DNA of 64,000 bases from Lingula anatina (GCA_051362555.1 CM120642.1:22010001-22074000), one strand, 5' to 3'; positions 1-12,200 are shown, counted from the stretch's first letter. Numbers and translations: made by a program. The notes: generated by a model not told the origin, from the letters alone.

Positions 1-84
1 ATTCACTATTGCTACTGAGTGTGTTTGTATATATTGTGATGACTGTGTACGCATATGTTTCCACTCTTTTTCCTTGTGTTTATT
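1..84 (+). repeat. Tail of the preceding full-length HOR copy (partial)
   Basis: Matches 4646-4729 apart from gcatatg versus gcccatg. Confidence 0.9.
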
Positions 85-915
85 CTAATTACAGTGCACA
101 TTACTATTATCAATGTACATGTTTATATTCATTTTAATCACTGTGTATGTTTGCGTTGTTACTGTTTGTGTCTGCATATATTTCTGATCACTGTGTAAGT
201 CTGTTTGTTTTTCTATTTGTTTGTAATCATTGTCATTGCTGTTCATGTTTGTGTTGTCATTGTTTTGGTTTGTTTTTATTGGGATCACTGTGTATGTTTG
301 TGTCATTATTGTTGGTGTTTGTATTTATTATTAGCAATGTGTATGTCAGTTTTGTCCCTCTATTTGTTTATTATTATAACTATAGCACTGAATGCTGAGT
401 GTTGTCAATGTATGTCTATGTGTCTATTTATATTCTTTTTTCTGTGTCTATTCTGTATTGATACTAAATGTGTTTGTGTATATTGTGATGACTGTGTACG
501 GCTATGTTTGCACTCTTTTCCCTTGTGTTCATTGTCATAACAGTGCACGTTACTGTTATCACTGTCCATGTATATATTTATTTTGATCAAAGTGTATGTT
601 TGTGTTGTTATTGTTTGTGTCTGCACATAATTCTGATCACTGTGAAAGTCTATTTGTCCTTCTGTTTGTTTGTAATAAATATCATTACTGTGCATGTTAA
701 TGTTGTCACTGTTTGTGTTTGTATTTATCGTGATCACTGTATGTGTTTGCGTCATTACTATTAATGTTTGTATTTATTGTGAACACTATTTCCATTCTGT
801 ACTGTTCGTGTTTGTATATATATTGTGATCACTGTGTATGTCTCTGTTTTCACTCCATCACTGATCACTGTGTATTACTGTGTAATCATCCAATTAATTT
901 GTGTTCATTCTGATT

Positions 916-1160
916 ACTCTACATGGTTGTGTTGTCACTGTACATGTCAAAATTCATTCTGATCACTGTGTATGTCTGTATTGTGACTGTGTTTGTTTGT
1001 ATTTATTTACATTAATGTTCATGTTTGTGTTGGCACTGGTCATTTTTGTATTTATTGTGAGCATTATGTACGTCTATTTTGTCAGTGTATTTGTTTGTAA
1101 TCATTACTATTACTCTGCATGATAGTACTGTCACTGTATGTCTATGTGTCTGTTTATATT
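916..1160 (+). repeat. Example run of the ~49-bp basic monomer (21-bp + 28-bp subunits)
   Basis: The ACT(GT) motif or single-base variants start at 916, 937, 965, 986, 1014, 1035, 1063, 1084, 1112 and 1133, alternating 21 and 28 bp. Elsewhere 140 to 287 is 147 bp, or 3 x 49. Confidence 0.9.
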
Positions 1161-2457
1161 CTGTTCTCTGAGTCTATTCTGTATTGTCACTGTATGTGTT
1201 TCCATGTATTGTGATCACTGTGTATGGCTATGTTTTCACTCTTTTTCCTTGTGTTCATTTTCATTACGATGCATGTTACTGTTATAACTGTACATGTTAA
1301 TATTTATTTTGATCACTGTACCTGTTTGTGTCATTACTGTTGGTGTTTGTATTTATTGAGAGCAATGTTTATGTCAGTTTTTTCTCTCTATATGTTTTTA
1401 ATCATTATTATAACTGTTCATGTTTGTGTTGTTGCTGCAAGCATAGATTGTGGCTGTTTATATTCCGATTGCTGTTTCCATTTTCTATTGTCATGTGTGT
1501 ATGTCTGTATTGTGACCGTGTTTGTTTGTATTTATTTACATTACTGTTCATGTTTGTGTCATTACTGTTGGTGTTTGTATTAATTGTTAGCAATGCTTAT
1601 GTCAGTTTTGTCCCTCTTTTTGTTTATTATTATAACTATAGCACTGAATGCTGAGTGTTGTCAAGGTATGTCTATGTGTCTCTTTATATTCTTTTTCTGT
1701 GTCTATTCTGTATTGATACTAAATGTGTTTGTGTATATTGTGATGACTGTGTACGGCTATGTTTGCACTCTTTTCCCTTGTGTTCATTGTCATAACAGTG
1801 CACATTACTGTTATCATTGTCCATGTGAATATTTATTAAGATCAATGTGTATGTTTGTGTTGTTACTGTTTGTGTCTGCACATAATTCTGATCACTGTGA
1901 AAGTCTATTTGTCCTTCTGTTTGTTTGTAATAATTCTCATTACTGTGCATGATAATGATGTCACTGTTTGTGTTTGTATTTATTGTGATCCATGTATGTG
2001 TTTGCGTAGGTACTGTTGTTGTTTGTATTTATTGTGAACACTGTTTCTATTCAGTGCTGTCATTGTACGTGTTTGTATATATATTGTGATCACTTCATCC
2101 TTGTGTTCATTTTCATTACAATGCATGTTACTGTTATAACAGTTACTTTGTTACTTTATATGGTTGTGTTGTCACTGTACATGTCAACTTATTCTGTTCA
2201 CTGTGTATGTCTGTATTGTGACTGTGTTTGTTTGTATTTATTTTGATTACTGTGCATGATTGTCTTGTCACTGTTTGTGTTTGTATTTATCATGATCACT
2301 GTTTATGTTTGCGTCGTTACTGTTGATGTTTGTATTTATTGTCAACACTGTTTCCATGCTGTACTGTCATTGTATGTTTTTGTATATATATTGTGATCAC
2401 TGTGTATGTCTTTGTTTTCACCCCATCACTGATCATTGTGTATGACTGTGCTATCAC

Positions 2458-2469
2458 CTAATTAATTAG
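2458..2469. other. Perfect 12-bp palindrome CTAATTAATTAG, present in every HOR copy except the 1997-bp ones
   Basis: Read directly; equals its own reverse complement. Confidence 0.9.
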
Positions 2470-3147
2470 TGTTCATTCTGGTTACTGTGCATGGTTGTGT
2501 TGTTACTATACATGTCAAAATTTATTCTGATCACTGTGTATGTCTGTATTGTGACTGTGTTTGTTTGTATTTATTCACATTACTGTTCACATTTGTGTTG
2601 TCACTGTTCGTGTTTCTATTTATTGTGAGCAATGTGTATGTCTGTTTTGTCAATGTATTTGTTTGTAATCATTTCTATTACTCTGCATGATGGTACTGTC
2701 ACTGTATGTGTATGTGTCTCTTTATATTCTGTTCTCTGTGTCTATTCTGTATTGTCACTGTATGTGTTTCCATGTATTGTGATCACTGTGTACGGCTATG
2801 TTTTCACTCTTTTTTCCTTTTGCTCATTTTCATTACGAAGCATGTTACTGTTATAACTGTGCATGTTAATATTTATTTTGATCACTGTTCATGTTTGTGT
2901 CATTACTGTTGGTGTTTCTATTGTGAGCAATGTTTATGTCAGTTTTTACTCTCTATATGTTTCTTTATCATTATTATAACTGTTCATGTTTGTGTTGTTG
3001 CTGTAAGCATAGTTTGTGTCTTTTTATGTTCCAATTGCTGTTTCCATTCTCTATTGTCATTATATGTGTTTGTATATGTATTGTGATCACTGTGTATGTC
3101 TGTGTTTTCACCCTATCACTGATCACTGTGCATGACTGTGCTATCAC

Positions 3148-3163
3148 CTAATTATATAATTAG
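3148..3163. other. Perfect 16-bp palindrome CTAATTATATAATTAG, present in every HOR copy except the 1997-bp ones
   Basis: Read directly; equals its own reverse complement. Confidence 0.9.
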
Positions 3164-3847
3164 TGTTCATTCTGGTTACTGTGCATGGTTGCGTTGTCAC
3201 TGTACATGTCAAAATTTATTCTGATCACTGTGTATGTCTGTATTGTGACTGTGTTTGTTTGTATTTATTAACATTACTGTTCATGTTTGTGTCATTACTG
3301 TTGGTGTTTTTATTTATTGTTAGTAATGTGTATGTCAGTTTTGTCTTTAAATTACTACTGCGCTGAATGATGGTGTTTTCAATGTATGACTATGTTTCTG
3401 TTTATATTCTGTTTGCTGTGTCTATTCACTATTGCTACTGAATGTGTTTGTATATATTGTGGTTACTGTTTATGGCTATGTTTCCACCATTTTTCCTTGT
3501 GTTTATTCTAATTACAGTGCACATTACTATTATCAATGTACATGTTTATATTAATTTTGACCACTGTGTATGTTTGTGTTGTTACTGTTTGTGTCTACAC
3601 ATTATTCTGATCACTATGAAAGTCTGTTTGTCCTTCTATTTGTTTGTAATAATTATCATTACTGTGCCTGTTAATGTTATCACTGTTTGTGTTTGTATTT
3701 ATTGTGATCACTGTATGTGTTTGCATAGTTACTGTTTATGTTTGTATTTATTGTGAACACTGTTTCTATTCTGTACTGTCATTGTACATGTTTGTATATA
3801 TATTGTGATCACTGTGTATATCTCTGTTTTTCACTCCATCACTGATC

Positions 3848-3875
3848 ACTGTGTATTACTGTGTATTACTGTGTA
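3848..3875 (+). repeat. Local 10-bp tandem repeat (ACTGTGTATT)x2.8
   Basis: actgtgtatt actgtgtatt actgtgta; the paralogous site near 867-884 has one copy fewer. Confidence 0.8.
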
Positions 3876-4729
3876 ATCATCCAATTAATTTGTGTTTATT
3901 CTGATTACTATACATGGTTGCGTTGTCACTGTACATGTCAAAATTTATTCTGAACACTGTGTATGTCTGTATTGTGACTGTGTTTGTTTGTATTTATTTA
4001 CATTACTGCTCTCGTTTGTGTTGTCACTGTTCGTGTTTGTATTTATTGTGAGCAATGTGCATGTCTGTTTTGTCAATGTATTTGTTTGTAATCATTACTA
4101 TTACTCTGCATTATAGTACTGTCACTGTATGTCTGTGTGTCTGTTTATATTCTTGTGTTCATTTTCATTACTGTGGAAGTTACTTTTATCACTTTTACTG
4201 TTAATATTTATTTTGTTCACTATGCTTGTTACTGTTATAACAGCTACTTGGTTACTTTACATGGTTGTGTTGTCACTGTACATGTCAGCTTATTCTGTTC
4301 ACTGTGTATGTCTGTGTTTTCACCCCATCACTATCACTGTGTATGATTCTGCTATCACCTAATTATATATGTGTTTATTCTGGTTACTGTGCATGGTTGT
4401 GTTGTCACTGTACATGTCAAAATTTATTCTGATCACTGTGTATGTCTGTATTGTGACTCTGTTTGTTTGTATTTATTTACATTACTGTTCATGTTTGTGT
4501 CATTACTGTTGGTGTTTGTATTTATTGTTAGCAATGCTTATGTCAGTTTTGTCACTCTCTTTGTTTGTAAACATTACTATTGCTCTGAATGATGGTATTG
4601 TCAATGTATGACTATGTGTCTGTTTATATTCTGTTTGCTATGTCTATTCACTATTGCTACTGAGTGTGTTTGTATATATTGTGATGACTGTGTACGCCCA
4701 TGTTTCCACTCTTTTTCCTTGTGTTTATT

Positions 4730-7700
4730 CTAATTACAGTGCACATTACTATTATCAATGTACATGTTTATATTCATTTTAATCACTGTGTATGTTTGCG
4801 TTGTTACTGTTTGTGTCTGCATATATTTCTGATCACTGTGTAAGTCTGTTTGTTTTTCTATTTGTTTGTAATCATTGTCATTGCTGTTCATGTTTGTGTT
4901 GTCATTGTTTTGGTTTGTTTTTATTGGGATCACTGTGTATGTTTGTGTCATTATTGTTGGTGTTTGTATTTATTATTAGCAATGTGTATGTCAGTTTTGT
5001 CCCTCTATTTGTTTATTATTATAACTATAGCACTGAATGCTGAGTGTTGTCAATGTATGTCTATGTGTCTATTTATATTCTTTTTTCTGTGTCTATTCTG
5101 TATTGATACTAAATGTGTTTGTGTATATTGTGATGACTGTGTACGGCTATGTTTGCACTCTTTTCCCTTGTGTTCATTGTCATAACAGTGCACGTTACTG
5201 TTATCACTGTCCATGTATATATTTATTTTGATCAAAGTGTATGTTTGTGTTGTTATTGTTTGTGTCTGCACATAATTCTGATCACTGTGAAAGTCTATTT
5301 GTCCTTCTGTTTGTTTGTAATAAATATCATTACTGTGCATGTTAATGTTGTCACTGTTTGTGTTTGTATTTATCGTGATCACTGTATGTGTTTGCGTCAT
5401 TACTATTAATGTTTGTATTTATTGTGAACACTATTTCCATTCTGTACTGTTCGTGTTTGTATATATATTGTGATCACTGTGTATGTCTCTGTTTTCACTC
5501 CATCACTGATCACTGTGTATTACTGTGTAATCATCCAATTAATTTGTGTTCATTCTGATTACTCTACATGGTTGTGTTGTCACTGTACATGTCAAAATTC
5601 ATTCTGATCACTGTGTATGTCTGTATTGTGACTGTGTTTGTTTGTATTTATTTACATTAATGTTCATGTTTGTGTTGGCACTGGTCATTTTTGTATTTAT
5701 TGTGAGCATTATGTACGTCTATTTTGTCAGTGTATTTGTTTGTAATCATTACTATTACTCTGCATGATAGTACTGTCACTGTATGTCTATGTGTCTGTTT
5801 ATATTCTGTTCTCTGAGTCTATTCTGTATTGTCACTGTATGTGTTTCCATGTATTGTGATCACTGTGTATGGCTATGTTTTCACTCTTTTTCCTTGTGTT
5901 CATTTTCATTACGATGCATGTTACTGTTATAACTGTACATGTTAATATTTATTTTGATCACTGTACCTGTTTGTGTCATTACTGTTGGTGTTTGTATTTA
6001 TTGAGAGCAATGTTTATGTCAGTTTTTTCTCTCTATATGTTTTTAATCATTATTATAACTGTTCATGTTTGTGTTGTTGCTGCAAGCATAGATTGTGGCT
6101 GTTTATATTCCGATTGCTGTTTCCATTTTCTATTGTCATGTGTGTATGTCTGTATTGTGACCGTGTTTGTTTGTATTTATTTACATTACTGTTCATGTTT
6201 GTGTCATTACTGTTGGTGTTTGTATTAATTGTTAGCAATGCTTATGTCAGTTTTGTCCCTCTTTTTGTTTATTATTATAACTATAGCACTGAATGCTGAG
6301 TGTTGTCAAGGTATGTCTATGTGTCTCTTTATATTCTTTTTCTGTGTCTATTCTGTATTGATACTAAATGTGTTTGTGTATATTGTGATGACTGTGTACG
6401 GCTATGTTTGCACTCTTTTCCCTTGTGTTCATTGTCATAACAGTGCACATTACTGTTATCATTGTCCATGTGAATATTTATTAAGATCAATGTGTATGTT
6501 TGTGTTGTTACTGTTTGTGTCTGCACATAATTCTGATCACTGTGAAAGTCTATTTGTCCTTCTGTTTGTTTGTAATAATTCTCATTACTGTGCATGATAA
6601 TGATGTCACTGTTTGTGTTTGTATTTATTGTGATCACTGTGTGTGTTTGCGTAGGTACTGTTGTTGTTTGTATTTATTGTGAACACTGTTTCTATTCAGT
6701 GCTGTCATTGTACGTGTTTGTATATATATTGTGATCACTTCATCCTTGTGTTCATTTTCATTACAATGCATGTTACTGTTATAACAGTTACTTTGTTACT
6801 TTATATGGTTGTGTTGTCACTGTACATGTCAACTTATTCTGTTCACTGTGTATGTCTGTATTGTGACTGTGTTTGTTTGTATTTATTTTGATTACTGTGC
6901 ATGATTGTCTTGTCACTGTTTGTGTTTGTATTTATCATGATCACTGTTTATGTTTGCGTCGTTACTGTTGATGTTTGTATTTATTGTCAACACTGTTTCC
7001 ATGCTGTACTGTCATTGTATGTTTTTGTATATATATTGTGATCACTGTGTATGTCTTTGTTTTCACCCCATCACTGATCATTGTGTATGACTGTGCTATC
7101 ACCTAATTAATTAGTGTTCATTCTGGTTACTGTGCATGGTTGTGTTGTTACTATACATGTCAAAATTTATTCTGATCACTGTGTATGTCTGTATTGTGAC
7201 TGTGTTTGTTTGTATTTATTCACATTACTGTTCACATTTGTGTTGTCACTGTTCGTGTTTCTATTTATTGTGAGCAATGTGTATGTCTGTTTTGTCAATG
7301 TATTTGTTTGTAATCATTTCTATTACTCTGCATGATGGTACTGTCACTGTATGTGTATGTGTCTCTTTATATTCTGTTCTCTGTGTCTATTCTGTATTGT
7401 CACTGTATGTGTTTCCATGTATTGTGATCACTGTGTACGGCTATGTTTTCACTCTTTTTTCCTTTTGCTCATTTTCATTACGAAGCATGTTACTGTTATA
7501 ACTGTGCATGTTAATATTTATTTTGATCACTGTTCATGTTTGTGTCATTACTGTTGGTGTTTCTATTGTGAGCAATGTTTATGTCAGTTTTTACTCTCTA
7601 TATGTTTCTTTATCATTATTATAACTGTTCATGTTTGTGTTGTTGCTGTAAGCATAGTTTGTGTCTTTTTATGTTCCAATTGCTGTTTCCATTCTCTATT

Positions 7701-9232
7701 GTCATTATATGTGTTTGTATATGTATTGTGATCACTGTGTATGTCTGTGTTTTCACCCTATCACTGATCACTGTGCATGACTGTGCTATCACCTAATTAT
7801 ATAATTAGTGTTCATTCTGGTTACTGTGCATGGTTGCGTTGTCACTGTACATGTCAAAATTTATTCTGATCACTGTGTATGTCTGTATTGTGACTGTGTT
7901 TGTTTGTATTTATTAACATTACTGTTCATGTTTGTGTCATTACTGTTGGTGTTTTTATTTATTGTTAGTAATGTGTATGTCAGTTTTGTCTTTAAATTAC
8001 TACTGCGCTGAATGATGGTGTTTTCAATGTATGACTATGTTTCTGTTTATATTCTGTTTGCTGTGTCTATTCACTATTGCTACTGAATGTGTTTGTATAT
8101 ATTGTGGTTACTGTGTATGGCTATGTTTCCACCCTTTTTCCTTGTGTTTATTCTAATTACAGTGCACATTACTATTATCAATGTACATGTTTATATTAAT
8201 TTTGACCACTGTGTATGTTTGTGTTGTTACTGTTTGTGTCTACACATTATTCTGATCACTATGAAAGTCTGTTTGTCCTTCTATTTGTTTGTAATAATTA
8301 TCATTACTGTGCCTGTTAATGTTATCACTGTTTGTGTTTGTATTTATTGTGATCACTGTATGTGTTTGCATAGTTACTGTTTATGTTTGTATTTATTGTG
8401 AACACTGTTTCTATTCTGTACTGTCATTGTACATGTTTGTATATATATTGTGATCACTGTGTATATCTCTGTTTTTCACTCCATCACTGATCACTTTGTA
8501 TTACTGTGTATTACTGTGTAATCATCCAATTAATTTGTGTTTATTCTGATTACTATACATGGTTGCGTTGTCACTGTACATGTCAAAATTTATTCTGAAC
8601 ACTGTGTATGTCTGTATTGTGACTGTGTTTGTTTGTATTTATTTACATTACTGCTCTCGTTTGTGTTGTCACTGTTCGTGTTTGTATTTATTGTGAGCAA
8701 TGTGCATGTCTGTTTTGTCAATGTATTTGTTTGTAATCATTACTATTACTCTGCATGATAGTACTGTCACTGTATGTCTGTGTGTCTGTTTATATTCTTG
8801 TGTTCATTTTCATTACTGTGGAAGTTACTTTTATCACTTTTACTGTTAATATTTATTTTGTTCACTATGCTTGTTACTGTTATAACAGCTACTTGGTTAC
8901 TTTACATGGTTGTGTAGTCACTGTACATGTCAGCTTATTCTGTTCATTGTGTATGTCTGTGTTTTCACCCCATCACTATCACTGTGTATGACTGTGCTAT
9001 CACCTAATTATATATGTGTTTATTCTGGTTACTGTGCATGGTTGTGTTGTCACTGTACATGTCAAAATTTATTCTGATCACTGTGTATGTCTGTATTGTG
9101 ACTGTGTTTGTTTGTATTTATTTACATTACTGTTCATGTTTGTGTCATTACTGTTGGTGTTTGTATTTATTGTTAGCAATGCTTATGTCAGTTTTGTCAC
9201 TCTCTTTGTTTTGTCACTCTCTTGTGTTTATT
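4730..9232 (+). repeat. HOR copy U2, 4503-bp variant (net -142 bp)
   Basis: Anchor spacing 4503; deletion junction at 9212-9220. Confidence 0.95.
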
Positions 9233-12200
9233 CTAATTACAGTGCACATTACTATTATCAATGTACATGTTTATATTCATTTTGATCACTGTGTATGTTT
9301 GCGTTGTTACTGTTTGTGTCTGCATATAATTCTGATCACTGTGTAAGTCTGTTTGTTTTTCTATTTGTTTGTAATCATTATCATTGCTGTTCATGTTTGT
9401 GTTGTCATTGTTTGGGTTTGTTTTTATTGCGATCACTGTGTATGTTTGTGTCATTATTGTTGGTGTTTGTATTTATTATTAGCAATGTGTATGTCAGTTT
9501 TGTCCCTCTATTTGTTTATTATTATAACTATAGCACTGAATGCTGAGTGTTGTCAATGTATGTCTATGTGTCTATTTATATTCTTTTTTCTGTGTCTATT
9601 CTGTATTGATACTAAATGTGTTTGTGTATATTGTGATGATTGTGTACAGCTATGTTTGCACTCTTTTCCCTTGTGTTCATTGTCATATCAGTTCACATTA
9701 CTGTTATCACTGTTCATGTATATATTTATTTTGATCAAAGTGTATGTTTGTGTTGTTATTGTTTGTGTCTGCACATAATTCTGATCACTGTGAAAGTCTA
9801 TTTGTCCTTCTGTTTGTTTGTAATAAATATCATTACTGTGCATGTTAATGTTGTCACTGTTTGTGTTTGTATTTATCGTGATCACTGTATGTGTTTGCGT
9901 CATTACTATTGATGTTTGTATTTATTGTGAACACTATTTCCATTCTGTACTGTTCGTGTTTGTATATATATTGTGATCACTGTGTATGTCTCTGTTTTCA
10001 CTCCATCACTGATCACTGTGTATTACTGTGTAATCATCCAATTAATTTGTGTTCATTCTGATTACTCTACATGGTTGTGTTGTCACTGTACATGTCAAAA
10101 TTCATTCTGATCACTGTGTATGTCTGTATTGTGACTGTGTTTGTTTGTATTTATTTACATTAATGTTCATGTTTGTGTTGGCACTGGTCATTTTTGTATT
10201 TATTGTGAGCATTATGTACGTCTATTTTGTCAGTGTATTTGTTTGTAATCATTACTATTACTCTGCATGATAGTACTGTCACTGTATGTCTATGTGTCTG
10301 TTTATATTCTGTTCTCTGTGTCTATTCTGTATTGTCACTGTATGTGTTTCCATGTATTGTGATCACTGTGTATGGCTATGTTTTCACTCTTTTTCCTTGT
10401 GGTCATTTTCATTACGATGCATGTTACTGTTATAACTGTACATGTTAATATTTATTTTGATCACTGTACCTGTTTGTGTCATTACTGTTGGTGTTTGTAT
10501 TTATTGAGAGCAATGTTTATGTCAGTTTTTTCTCTCTATATGTTTTTAATCATTATTATAACTGTTCATGTTTGTGTTGTTGCTGCAAGCATAGATTGTG
10601 GCTGTTTATATTCCGATTGCTGTTTCCATTTTCTATTGTCATGTGTGTATGTCTGTATTGTGACTGTGTTTGTTTGTATTTATTTACATTACTGTTCATG
10701 TTTGTGTCATTACTGTTGGTGTTTGTATTAATTGTTAGCAATGCTTATGTCAGTTTTGTCCCTCTTTTTGTTTATTATTATAACTATAGCACTCAATGCT
10801 GAGTGTTGTCAATGTATGTCTATGTGTCTATTTATATTCTTTTTCTGTGTCTATTCTGTATTGATACTAAATGTGTTTGTGTATATTGTGATGACTGTGT
10901 ACGGCTATGTTTGCACTCTTTTCCCTTGTGTTCATTGTCATAACAGTGCACATTACTGTTATCATTGTCCATGTGAATATTTATTAAGATCAATGTGTAT
11001 GTTTGTGTTGTTACTGTTTGTGTCTGCACATAATTCTGATCACTGTGAAAGTCTATTTGTCCTTCTGTTTGTTTGTAATAATTCTCATTACTGTGCATGA
11101 TAATGATGTCACTGTTTGTGTTTGTATTTATTGTGATCACTGTGTGTGTTTGCGTAGGTACTGTTGTTGTTTGTATTTATTGTGAACACTGTTTCTATTC
11201 AGTGCTGTCATTGTACGTGTTTGTATATATATTGTGATCACTCCATCCTTGTGTTCATTTTCATTACAATGCATGTTACTGTTATAACAGTTACTTTGTT
11301 ACTTTATATGGTTGTGTTGTCACTGTACATGTCAACTTATTCTGTTCACTGTGTATGTCTGTATTGTGACTGTGTTTGTTTGTATTTATTTTGATTACTG
11401 TGCATGATTGTCTTGTCACTGTTTGTGTTTGTATTTATCATGATCACTGTTTATGTTTGCGTCGTTACTGTTGATGTTTGTATTTATTGTCAACACTGTT
11501 TCCATGCTGTACTGTCATTGTATGTTTTTGTATATATATTGTGATCACTGTGTATGTCTTTGTTTTCACCCCATCACTGATCATTGTGTATGACTGTGCT
11601 ATCACCTAATTAATTAGTGTTCATTCTGGTTACTGTGCATGGTTGTGTTGTCACTATACATGTCAAAATTTATTCTGATCACTGTGTATGTCTGTATTGT
11701 GACTGTGTTTGTTTGTATTTATTCACATTACTGTTCACATTTGTGTTGTCACTGTTCGTGTTTCTATTTATTGTGAGCAATGTGTATGTCTGTTTTGTCA
11801 ATGTATTTGTTTGTAATCATTTCTATTACTCTGCATGATGGTACTGTCACTGTATGTGTATGTGTCTCTTTATATTCTGTTCTCTGTGTCTATTCTGTAT
11901 TGTCACTGTATGTGTTTCCATGTATTGTGATCACTGTGTACGGCTATGTTTTCACTCTTTTTTCCTTTTGCTCATTTTCATTACGAAGCATGTTACTGTT
12001 ATAACTGTGCATGTTAATATTTATTTTGATCACTGTTCATGTTTGTGTCATTACTGTTGGTGTTTCTATTGTGAGCAATGTTTATGTCAGTTTTTACTCT
12101 CTATATGTTTCTTTATCATTATTATAACTGTTCATGTTTGTGTTGTTGCTGTAAGCATAGTTTGTGTCTTTTTATGTTCCAATTGCTGTTTCCATTCTCT

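Larger units (their letters stand above)
85..4729 (+). repeat. HOR copy U1, full length, 4645 bp
   Basis: Anchor spacing 85 to 4730; retains segment 4567-4717 that is missing from the 4503-bp copies. Confidence 0.95.

Noticed and set aside
916-1160. Underlying 7-bp periodicity (21 = 3x7, 28 = 4x7, 49 = 7x7)
   Set aside because: Splitting the consensus into 7-mers (actgtgt/atgtttg/tgttgtc) shows no consistent repeat; an autocorrelation peak at 7 and 14 would be needed.
85-4729. The 4.6-kb unit as a tandem transposon, rDNA, 5S or histone repeat
   Set aside because: The unit consists entirely of the 49-bp-derived lattice; I saw no terminal repeats, long ORF, poly-A tail or RNA-gene motif.
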